Source of the DNA: an uncultured Gemmatimonadales bacterium
GTDB taxonomy: Bacteria; Gemmatimonadota; Gemmatimonadetes; Longimicrobiales; RSA9
Length of the DNA: 64,000 nt
Assembly: GCA_963708135.1 (NCBI GenBank)
Contig: OY970192.1
Span: 3,808,001-3,872,000 of the forward strand
Direction of reading: 5' to 3'
Shown: piece by piece, positions 31,401 through 39,128 of the stretch
Layout: each line of letters starts with the position of its first letter
Numbering within the stretch: the stretch's first letter is position 1
Notes under the pieces: model-generated
What the model was told of the DNA's origin: nothing
The model's input: only the letters and a program-made list of their open reading frames with translations
Database searches by the model: none
Made by a program: the position numbers and the translations under genes

Positions 31401-32784
31401 GCGCATAGAGGATCACGTCGGCGTCGCTCCAGCTCCCGCCGCGCCCGTTCAGCGCCGGCGCCAGATCGCGCACGGCGTCGCTCTGCAGGTCGATGCGCTT
31501 CAGCCGTCCGTCGGCGAAGAAGCCCAGGCTCGCGCCGTCGGGCGACCAGAACATGTACGCGGCATTGTGCGTCCCCGGCAGCTTGCGGAGCTCGCCGGTG
31601 GAGAGCGTCCGGATCCAGAGGGCCTGCTCGCTGCCGCACGCGGCGACGAAGGCGAGGCGGTCGCCGTCGGGAGAGAGCTGGACGAGGTTGGTGGTGGCGA
31701 CCGGCGCGTACGCGCATCCCGCCGGGGGCAGCAGGCTGGCATGCAGCGGGCGGCCGGGAGCGGCGCCGGAGTGCCGTGAGCCCCACACGGCGACGGCGGC
31801 CGCCGTCGCGATCAGCGCGGCGGTGCCAGCCACCGCCACGGGCCAGCGCGGGCGCCGCGCTCGACCTCGGGCCCGTGGGCCCGCTCGCGGTGAGCCGCTC
31901 GCGTCGTCGAGGGCGGCCGCGAAGGCGGCGGCGGAGCTGAAGCGATCCGCGGGGAGCTTGGCGAGCGCGGTCTCAATGGCGGCGTCGAGGTGTGCTGGGA
32001 CGCTCTTCCGGTGCGTGCTCGCGAGCGGCGCGTCGGCGGTGAGCACCTGCGTCAGGATGGCCTGCGCGTTCGGGCCGGTGAACGGCGGCTCGCCCGCCAG
32101 CATCTCGTAGGTGACCGCGCCCAGCGCGTAGATGTCCGCCCGCGCGCCAATGGTGCGCTCGCCCATCGCCTGCTCGGGGGCCATGTACTGCGGCGTGCCG
32201 AGCGAGAGCCCCGTCTGGGTCATGCGCTGGCCGCCGGCGTGCTCGACGGCGAGCGCGATGCCGAAGTCGGCCACGAGCGCGTGGCCGTTCTGCAGAAGGA
32301 TGTTCTCGGGCTTGATGTCGCGGTGCACCACGCCGCGCCCGTGCGCGTAGCCGAGCGCATCGGCGGCCTCGGTGGCGATGCGTACGGCGTCCGCGATCGG
32401 CAGCTGCCGCTCGCGCTCGAGCCGCCCGCGCAGCGTCTCGCCCTCCACGAATGGCATCACATAGTAGAGCAGCCCGTCGGCGCTGCCGGAGTCGAAGAGC
32501 GGCAGGATGTGCGGGTGCTGGAGGTTGGCCGTGAGCTCGATCTCCTTGAGGAAGCGCTCGGGCCCGAGCACCGCCGACAGCTCCGGGTGCAGCACCTTGA
32601 TCGCCACCTTCCGGTGGTGCCGCAGGTCCTCGGCGAGGTACACGGTCGCCATCCCGCCGGCGCCCAGCTCGCGCTCGAGGCGGTAGCGCTCGGCGAGGGA
32701 GGCGGCGAGCGAGGCATGGCGGTCAGCAGCGCTGCCGCCAGGGGCGTGATCGGGGCCCACGCTGGGATTCCGGGTTGGGGGCAT
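28474..32784 (-). CDS. Ser/Thr kinase + TolB-like propeller fused in frame to a TM + TolB-N + TPR protein
   Basis: HRDIKPEN, DFG and YMAPE motifs; SPDG blades; then FGWPD..VLAWYHGEKG, SVAVLPL and TPR repeats; start uncertain. Confidence 0.82.
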   Translation of the reverse strand: MPPTRNPSVGPDHAPGGSAADRHASLAASLAERYRLERELGAGGMATVYLAEDLRHHRKVAIKVLHPELSAVLGPERFLKEIELTANLQHPHILPLFDSGSADGLLYYVMPFVEGETLRGRLERERQLPIADAVRIATEAADALGYAHGRGVVHRDIKPENILLQNGHALVADFGIALAVEHAGGQRMTQTGLSLGTPQYMAPEQAMGERTIGARADIYALGAVTYEMLAGEPPFTGPNAQAILTQVLTADAPLASTHRKSVPAHLDAAIETALAKLPADRFSSAAAFAAALDDASGSPRAGPRARGRARRPRWPVAVAGTAALIATAAAVAVWGSRHSGAAPGRPLHASLLPPAGCAYAPVATTNLVQLSPDGDRLAFVAACGSEQALWIRTLSTGELRKLPGTHNAAYMFWSPDGASLGFFADGRLKRIDLQSDAVRDLAPALNGRGGSWSDADVILYAPDVGGPLFRIPASGGTSRPATFVAGEGHATTQRLPQFLPDGRHFLFSEGGAGAAGTVRVGELGTRETRVLLDVPSNLALADGRLVYASRGLLFARPFDARRAVFTGPAVSLVPGLENWPYRFLANFSAAASGDVLVYRPAPIERNRVLWFDPTSGRTTTLLEPGRFLRARLSPDGQRFIVERRDPDTGLRSLALYDAADRTWSALSRTPAVYFTYAWSPDGSRIAFYAEDDKSVEISSPDRTIARTVPDSGGAEILDWSPDPRILAGQRQQPGTGWDILRVELGDGSLRATPILATAADESGPRLSRDGRLLAFVSNESGRDELYVTRLADPGTRWQISPGGVLLDPTAHRAPIAWSRTGATVYFADPGGHLLSVAITESPSIHIGRATPLAGAPDGIVDLDAAADGRLLLVRSESSEQGPLELLSLLAPPFGWPDVVMRLATVLLALALPVVLVLAWYHGEKGSQRVGGIELLMLAGILTLAGAAVALLIRPMRRAGAPPSRAAATVPTSPRSVAVLPLSNLSADTADRYLGDGVSEEILNGLTRLPGLTVIGRASSFRFRGPDVDARRVGRDLGVGTLLSGTVQRAGSAVRIVVELVDTRTGVQLWSERYDRKMGNLFALEDDIARAITDALRLRLGGSPLVRRGTTNADAHDLVLRANALCLVADEHSIEQAVALYRQAIGLDSSYAAAWAGLSHAYGQLADAYRSPVAMTPLAEQAALRAVELDDSSALAHTVLGDTRYDWQWRYADARREFRRALALDPGLSDAHLRYATLLLYVDEDFDGAERELDTAATLDPFNPEVVRWQEFVAIARRDTAAAFRLARRVAELSGGPVYYSTPPLAVAFALAGRWSDCARTFHPVPPGQLAGRSRQAMCLARLGDTAAARRILGQLLAQPYMDRVNVAEVQLAMGDRAAAFASLDRAARDRSANMTSIRTLPWLAELWGDPRFDAILARAGLPPHGPPPAQNAEAAP

Positions 32785-32899
32785 CTGGCGAGCGAAGCTC
32801 CGCACGAATATGCATGCGCCCCGGCCCGCCGTCCAATCAATCCGAATCGGCATCCAGGCGCGCAGCGCCGGAATCTGAATCCGGCCGGGTCTTTCGCGG

Positions 32900-32937
32900 G
32901 CCTCGGGGCTCGGGGCTCGAGGCTCGGGATGCGGGAC
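32900..32937 (+). repeat. Heptamer tandem repeat (GGCTCGG/TGCGGGA family)
   Basis: cctcggggctcggggctcgaggctcgggatgcggga; same units as 51901-51966. Confidence 0.75.
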
Positions 32938-32992
32938 CGGGGCTGCCCTACACGTCAGCCGGCGGCGCCTCGGCCTGGCCCGAACCTGCCGC

Positions 32993-33202
32993 TCAGCGTC
33001 CCGCGATCTCCCTCACCCTCTCGATCGTATCGGCCTCCGCGGCCGTCTTGTCGCGGCGGTAGCGCTTGATGCGGGCGAACCACAGGGCGAGGCCGACGGG
33101 GTAGCGGGGGCTGGTCTGGAGGCCCTCGAACGCGACCTCCACGACGAGCTCGGGGCGCACGTGCACCGTGTGCCCCTCGCGCCCGATCTCGCGCGCGAGC
33201 AG
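32993..33202 (-). pseudogene. C-terminal OB-fold remnant of an ATP-dependent DNA ligase (LigB-like)
   Basis: Hand translation: [69 protein letters not shown]; no upstream ligase sequence. Confidence 0.85.
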
Positions 33203-33425
33203 GTGAACGAGCTGCTGAAGGAGATCGCGGGAGATCGCGCCGACTGACCAGGCTCCGCACCGGCGCGTCGTTCCTGGGAGCTGGCCGCGTCGGCCCCCGG
33301 GCTGCCACCGAAGCGCCGTCCGAGACTTCGGTGCGCACGACCCATGGTAGCGCTTCGCACGCCTCTCGTTCCCGGAGTGCGGCCCGGATGAGTTCGACGC
33401 GCTGGACTCGGTCGTCGTTGCGTGC

Positions 33426-33830
33426 TCAGGCGTCAGGGCCCATCGGCGGGAGGCCGGCGAGGTCCTTGCGGAACCCCCGCACGACCTTCGACAGGAGCTG
33501 AGCGTACGGGTCGTAGTGGTAGAACTGGACGTTCCCCACGCGTTCGATGAATCGGTGCCTCTCGGCGCTGCCTGGAAGCGCCGGGACGAAGTCCTCCGGC
33601 CGGGCGAACTCGATGTTCAGGCGGAGTCTCTCCTTGATCCCCTGGATATCCCGGAAGACCTCGTCGCGGTCGGCACAGAGATCGGCGTCAATGGTCGCAG
33701 AGCGCCAGCCGGCAAGAACCGCGGTGCCGCCGCCTACCACGTAGACGCGAAACGACCGCCGGCGCGGTGCCGTGCGGGCCAGCTCGGACATGAGCTCCCG
33801 CAGCGCCTCGGCGGTAAGCTCTCGCCTCAA
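33426..33830 (-). CDS. DUF6036-like nucleotidyltransferase, probably C-terminally truncated
   Basis: [22 protein letters not shown] and [16 protein letters not shown] motifs; TTG start overlaps the upstream TGA. Confidence 0.72.
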   Translation of the reverse strand: MRRELTAEALRELMSELARTAPRRRSFRVYVVGGGTAVLAGWRSATIDADLCADRDEVFRDIQGIKERLRLNIEFARPEDFVPALPGSAERHRFIERVGNVQFYHYDPYAQLLSKVVRGFRKDLAGLPPMGPDA

Positions 33831-34273
33831 CGAGCGCTCCGTGCGACGCGAGCGAGGCGGCAGGCATCCGCGAACGAGACCAGCTGCCGCAGCCAGGCAT
33901 TGTAGCGAGCGTGCGCCAGATCTCCCTCGGTTTGCTGCAGAAGCCGGAAGAATCGGCGCTCCGGATCCTCGAGAGCCGGCCCGACGGGAACCCCTTCCCG
34001 GCGCAGGCGTGGTGCCGCAATGGACACCGCCAGACTCTCCCTGGTCACACGGTCGGCGGCCAGGTCGGCCAGGCCGACATCGACGACGTCGCCTCCCGGA
34101 AGGCCGAGTGCCTCGAAGCTCGGCGCCCCGAAGCGTTGCCGGATCCAGCGCGCCGTCGCGGCACGCCGGGCTACGGTCCGTCGAGCCGCAGGCACCATGG
34201 CTTCTGCGCGACGCCGGCCCCCTACGCGACCGAACCGTCGAAACTGTTCACGCACGTCCTCCGGAAGGTCCAT
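33827..34273 (-). CDS. Hypothetical helical protein, putative partner/antitoxin of the nucleotidyltransferase
   Basis: 148 aa from ATG 34273; 4-nt TTGA overlap with the downstream gene. Confidence 0.65.
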   Translation of the reverse strand: MDLPEDVREQFRRFGRVGGRRRAEAMVPAARRTVARRAATARWIRQRFGAPSFEALGLPGGDVVDVGLADLAADRVTRESLAVSIAAPRLRREGVPVGPALEDPERRFFRLLQQTEGDLAHARYNAWLRQLVSFADACRLARVARSAR

Positions 34274-34445
34274 GTTTGAAGGTACTTGGGGGGTAAGCAT
34301 CTGTCGAGCCCGCGAGCGACATGTTGATGCTTCCCCTACGCCGCGAGGCCGTGGTCGCATCTCTCGCTCCTGGTGCGGACGCCCGCCGCGCCGGCGGGCG
34401 CCGCGTTCCACGAGGGCGCTCCCTGCGCCCGTGCCGTGCGGCGAT

Positions 34446-35032
34446 CTACTCGTGGCCGGTACAGAGGAGCGGCGCGCGTAGCACGAGGTCCCGCCCGAAG
34501 CCCGCCTGCGCGAAGCCGATGGGCGCGGCGAGCACCCCCTGGGCGATCAGGTCGCGCATCGCGGCGACGCTGCGGGGGGCATCATACGTCGCGAGGTCGA
34601 ACCGGGGCCCGGGCACCACGACCCACACGTCCCAGGTCCCGTCGTAGCCCGGCACGCCCGGCGCATGGCTCACGATGTGGTCGTGGTCGAGTTCCGGATG
34701 CGCGGGATCCCTGTGCATGGTGCCCGGGAGGATGGCGTACAGGTCGGGCCTCGGCGTGTCGAACGGCACGTCCAGGATGCCGTGGCCGACGTTCCAGATC
34801 GAGAAGAATTCCGACGTCTGCGATGGCGTGCCGGGAAAGCGCAGCTGGCAGATACGTCCGTCGTAGGCGGCGGGCTCAGTGAGGGTGCCGTTGCCGCCGG
34901 CCGACTGCTGCCGACGAAGTCGGCTGCGGGTGGCGAAGCCGCCCTGCCGGCCTCGAGCGGGAGCGGCTCCGTGCACGCCGCGACTCCGAGGACCAGGACG
35001 GGCGCGAGCAGGATCGGACCCAGGTTGCGCAT
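34446..35032 (-). pseudogene. Lipoprotein of unknown function with one frameshift near 34910
   Basis: GGAGG + MRNLGPILLAPVLVLGVAAC in one frame; globular body (QQSAGGNG...YDGTWDVWVV...RAPLLC) in the adjacent frame. Confidence 0.7.
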
Positions 35033-35276
35033 GATGCCTCCGGGTGTGAGGGGTGGCGGTGGCGAGGCGGCATCTCCGGCGAGTTCCGGCGTGCCGCCTT
35101 TCCATCGGCAATGGCCGAAGGCCGCGGCCGGACGGCTCAGGGAGCGTTGCTGGACCTCCTCTTGCCCCAACTTTGCACCCTCGCGGGGCGGCGGACCGGC
35201 GGGAAGGGAGGAATCACGCCCTATACGGGAAACGCGGCGAGGCCCGGTTGCACGCGCGGCCTGGGGCGGTGGCGCG

Positions 35277-35354
35277 GGCGGCGCCGACACGATCCCGCCG
35301 GAGTTCGCGCGCGAGGCGGTCGGCTGGTTCGTGGGCGCGCCGGCGGAGCCGTAA
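35277..35354 (+). pseudogene. Possible C-terminal remnant of a phospholipase/carboxylesterase
   Basis: GGADTIPPEFAREAVGWFVGAPAEP* resembles the GGHT(I/V)P..AREAV.WF tail of such enzymes. Confidence 0.35.
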
Positions 35355-35461
35355 GCCGGACGCCGCGGGCCCGGTGGCTCGGACCTGGGGCAGAGAGGCG
35401 GTGCCAGTTCGACAGCACCGGCCCGGGCTTGACGCCCTGCCATCGATGCGACTAGGACGCG

Positions 35462-35480
35462 CACTTCATAATCTGAAGTG
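35462..35480. promoter_or_regulatory. Candidate operator of the HxlR-family regulator
   Basis: Perfect inverted repeat CACTTCA-TAATC-TGAAGTG, 16 bp before the ATG. Confidence 0.6.
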
Positions 35481-35496
35481 ACATGAAGAGGCCTCC

Positions 35497-35900
35497 ATGC
35501 GTGTCTCCGAGATCGGCCAGATGAAATGCCCCGTGGCTCGGACGCTGCCCATCGTGGGAGATTCCTGGACCCTGCTCATCCTGCGCGAGCTGTTCCTGGG
35601 CTCTCGGCGGTTCAATGAGTTCCAGGGCTTTACGGGGATGTCACCCGCCCTCCTGTCGGACCGCCTGAAGCTCCTCAGAACGGAAGGCATCGTGGATCAG
35701 GAGAAATACCACGAGCGGCCACCGCGGCGGGAGTACAGACTCACTGAAAAGGGCCTCGAGTTCTATCCGGTGATCCTGGCAATGTCCCAGTGGGGACTCG
35801 ATGGCTGGCGGACGAAGCGGGGCCTTTTCTGCGCGTTGTGCACCGGCCTTGCGGCAGCCGAACCGCTCCTCAGCTCGTGTGCCCTTCGACGACCACGATT
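35497..35900 (+). pseudogene. HxlR family wHTH regulator, frameshifted at GGGG 35792-35795
   Basis: CPVARTLPIVGDSWTLLILRE...EYRLTEKG...WG; natural continuation (RWLADE..HRPCG..QLVCP) lies in ORF 35790 frame. Confidence 0.8.
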
Positions 35901-36139
35901 TCATCCGCGCGGCCGCGTGCGTGGCCCGGCTCTGCTGCGTCGCCCGGACGGGTCAACCCGCGCCAGCGTCTTGAGCGCGCGCGGGCCGCCTGCGTCATGG
36001 GCAGAATTGCGCATCCACCCGTTCGCCGTAAGATGGGCGATTTCCCGGACGCGGAAATGCCGGGGCCGGCCTATCGTTCGAACAGGTTGGGCCTCGGACG
36101 AGGTGGGATCCGTTCCGCTTTCACGGGGAGCCATTGACC

Positions 36140-36817
36140 ATGCCATACACGAACACGGCCGTCCGCGTCGGAGGCGCCTGGTTCGCGGCCGCCTCCTTCC
36201 TGATGATCGCGGCGCTCGGGCTCCACGGCCCGATCGCGCCTGAGCTCGCCGATCAGATGACGAGGATCGCCGCACGGCCGGTGGCCTGGGCTGTCGCCCA
36301 CTGGATCGCGGCCGCCGCCCTGTCCCTGTACGCGGTAGCCGGCCTGATCGTCCTCACTTCCGGCTCGCGCCTAACGGACGACCCGCGGACCTTGACGGCC
36401 TGGGCGGTGGTGCCCGTCGGCGCGCTCTGGACGTTGGCCACCGCGGTCGCAGAAGCGACCGCTATCACCAATGCGGCCATTGCCGGGTCGACCGCGCAGT
36501 TCGAGGCGTGGTGGTCGTTGGGGGAAGGCAGGGCCAACGGCTTCGCCTTCTTGACGCTGGCCGTCATCGTGATCGCGAGCCATGACGCGCGAAGCCCGGA
36601 AGCGGCCACGCCGGCCTGGTCGGGCTGGATCGGGGCGATGGCCGGCGCCGCCTCCTTCGCCGGCTGGGCCGCCGGAATGTGGTTCGGGGTCGGACCGGGC
36701 AACCTCCTCTGGGTCGCGGCCTCGATCCTCATGAGCGGCTGGACCCTCTGGTTCGGCCTCGCCGTCATGCGACGGGCCTCCAGGGCGGTCACACGATCCA
36801 GCAACCCGGGGGTGTGA
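36140..36817 (+). CDS. Hypothetical membrane protein (about 6 TM helices)
   Basis: GGAG RBS, hydrophobic helices throughout. Confidence 0.75.
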   Translation: MPYTNTAVRVGGAWFAAASFLMIAALGLHGPIAPELADQMTRIAARPVAWAVAHWIAAAALSLYAVAGLIVLTSGSRLTDDPRTLTAWAVVPVGALWTLATAVAEATAITNAAIAGSTAQFEAWWSLGEGRANGFAFLTLAVIVIASHDARSPEAATPAWSGWIGAMAGAASFAGWAAGMWFGVGPGNLLWVAASILMSGWTLWFGLAVMRRASRAVTRSSNPGV

Positions 36818-37041
36818 CAGTCGGTGGACACCATCGTCTTGCAACGCCCCAGCCTCCGCATCGGACCACCTCCGGTGACGGACGCGCTGCTCCTATGATG
36901 CCTATCCCTAACAACTGCAATGGAACTGATCAATCACGCCGGCGTCACCACGCAGGCTGCGATCGAATTCTCGAGGCGTTCGGGCGGGGAGATCCACGTC
37001 CCGCTCCTGCAGGCGTACCTCACGATCGCCTACAGGCCTGG

Positions 37042-37440
<399 letters not shown>

Positions 37441-37449
37441 AGCCGGCCC

Positions 37450-37808
37450 ATCCCACCCCGGACGGCCGCACCCACCTCGCCTCTTGCCCCTCGAGTTCCT
37501 CGACGCCCTCTCCCGCTTGATCCCGCCGCCCCGCGTGCACCGCCACCGCTACCACGGCGTTCTCGCCCCCACCGCCCGGCTCCGGCCGCCTGTCATCGTC
37601 TTCGGACGCGACGACGCCACCGAGACCGCCGAAGCCCCGGGCCTTGAAGCAGCGCCCTCCGGCAAGGGGTCCGCATACACTCTTACGGGCGCTGCCGCCC
37701 GCTCCCGTTGGGCCCAGCTCCTGGCCCGCATCTGTGAAACGCCCCCTCCGCTGCCCCGAGTGCGGGGCGGACATGCGCATCCTCGCCTTCCTCACCGAAC
37801 CCGGGCCC
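37450..37808 (+). mobile_element. IS91/ISCR-family rolling-circle transposase C-terminal remnant (frameshifted)
   Basis: PDGRTHL / PLEFLDALSRLIPPPRVHRHRYHGVLAP / RWAQLLARI / RCPECGADMRILAFLTEP read across frameshifts. Confidence 0.8.
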
Positions 37809-37822
37809 GATCGCCCTCGACG

Positions 37823-37868
37823 TACCCTACCGAAAGCAGCCGAAAGGACGTTTGAATTTCAATCCTTC
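37823..37868 (+). repeat. oriIS-like end, copy 1
   Basis: TACCCTACCGAAAGCAGCCGAAAGGACGTTTGAATTTCAATCCTTC, directly downstream of the transposase remnant. Confidence 0.7.
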
Positions 37869-37874
37869 GCTCGT

Positions 37875-38195
37875 CTAGGATCTCGAGTCGGCCGCCGTCG
37901 GCGTTGTCGGCTGCGGGCGGAGCGCAAAGACGACGGGCACCGTTTCAACGGATGGCTCCCCCCTCACCTTGTACGCGCTTGCAATGGTGCGGCCGAGGTC
38001 CGAATCCCGAAATTCGCGCACGTCCTCTTCCGATTCCCACACGTACACGGCTCCGTGCTCGCCCGTGGGGAAGGCCAGATAGTACTTCTGCAGCAGGCCG
38101 GGGACCTCGAGATAGCGATCGGAGCGAGAGCGATAGCGCTCGCGGACTTCAGCGTCGGTCATGTCGGAGCGGAAACGGACGATCTGCACGATCAT
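37875..38195 (-). CDS. YdhR-like putative monooxygenase (dimeric alpha-beta barrel)
   Basis: 106 aa; VPGLLQKYY and GAVYVWESEE motifs; GGAGG RBS. Confidence 0.78.
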   Translation of the reverse strand: MIVQIVRFRSDMTDAEVRERYRSRSDRYLEVPGLLQKYYLAFPTGEHGAVYVWESEEDVREFRDSDLGRTIASAYKVRGEPSVETVPVVFALRPQPTTPTAADSRS

Positions 38196-38341
38196 CGGGA
38201 CCCTCCACGGTCGGGGGAGTTGTGGCCGGGCTAGAGGAAACCTGGCCCGGATTGCATTCGAGGGGCCTCCGGCGACCCGTTTGGAAAAGACGATCGAAGC
38301 CCGGATTTGTTCCCGCGCATGCCGTGGCCGCTGTTCCTGTT

Positions 38342-38387
38342 TACCCTACCGAAAGCAGCCGAAAGACGTTGGAATTTCCTATCCTTC
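38342..38387 (+). repeat. oriIS-like end, copy 2
   Basis: TACCCTACCGAAAGCAGCCGAAAGACGTTGGAATTTCCTATCCTTC; first 24 bp identical to copy 1. Confidence 0.72.
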
Positions 38388-38424
38388 ACAGCCTCCGGCA
38401 TACCTGCGACCTGGAGCCATCGAA

Positions 38425-38467
38425 AGCGCCCCCACGGCAGGCCGTTCTCGGCGGCCGTGGGGGCGCT
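38425..38467. other. Strong hairpin (14-bp perfect stem)
   Basis: AGCGCCCCCACGGC ... GCCGTGGGGGCGCT. Confidence 0.6.
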
Positions 38468-38484
38468 CGTCTTGACCGCAACGA

Positions 38485-38533
38485 AGAAGGGGTTCCACAC
38501 CCAACCTTCCACAGGTAGGCCGGAACCCCTTCT
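38485..38533 (-). terminator. Probable terminator hairpin downstream of tRNA-Val
   Basis: 12-bp stem AGAAGGGGTTCC/GGAACCCCTTCT; only a weak U-tract on the minus strand. Confidence 0.5.
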
Positions 38534-38549
38534 CTTTACTGCATCTCTA

Positions 38550-38623
<74 letters not shown>

Positions 38624-38667
38624 GTCTCGCCAATCCGGCGCAGCGCGACGCACGGATGTAGCTGCCA

Positions 38668-38740
38668 TACCCCCACGGGGAATCGAACCCCGGTTTTCTG
38701 GCTGAGAACCAGATGTCCTGGGCCACTAGACGATGGGGGC
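38668..38740 (-). tRNA. tRNA-Glu(CTC)
   Basis: GCCCCCA acceptor stem, anticodon arm TCTGG-TTCTCAG-CCAGA, GGTTCGATTCC T-arm; CCA not encoded. Confidence 0.96.
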
Positions 38741-38875
38741 GTCTCGCCCATCCGGCACAGCCACGTGCCGGACCTTCTCGACCTCTTCCTGGCACGAGCG
38801 CGACGCACAGCGGTGCGGCACGTCCTTCCCGTTCCAGCGAGCCCCGCCCGCACCCCGCACCCCGCACAGCAAGCA

Positions 38876-38903
38876 AATATAACCCGAGGCTCCGGGCGGT
38901 CAA
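38876..38903 (-). promoter_or_regulatory. Sigma70-like promoter of the tRNA pair
   Basis: TTGACC-N16-TATATT upstream of tRNA-Glu. Confidence 0.65.
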
Positions 38904-39128
38904 TCCCCGACGGGGCAACCGGTTGTGGCGTGCAGGGGCGGCGGAGGCGGCGCCCTTGACGCGCCTGTATACAGCAGCCATCTTGCGGGTGCTACTGCCC
39001 TCGGCGGCGGCGATCCCACAGACAACCGACGCATTCTCCGGCGCCCGCGCACGGTGCGCGGAACCGGCCCGCGAAGGAGCGAGCCAATCTTCAGGCATCC
39101 ACCCGTCCGGGTGGGGTGCCGGGGCCGC

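Noticed and set aside
32999..33232. 13-bp inverted repeat TCCCGCGATCTCC / GGAGATCGCGGGA around the ligase remnant
   Set aside because: One arm lies within ligase codons and no target duplication is seen; chance is plausible, so not called a MITE.
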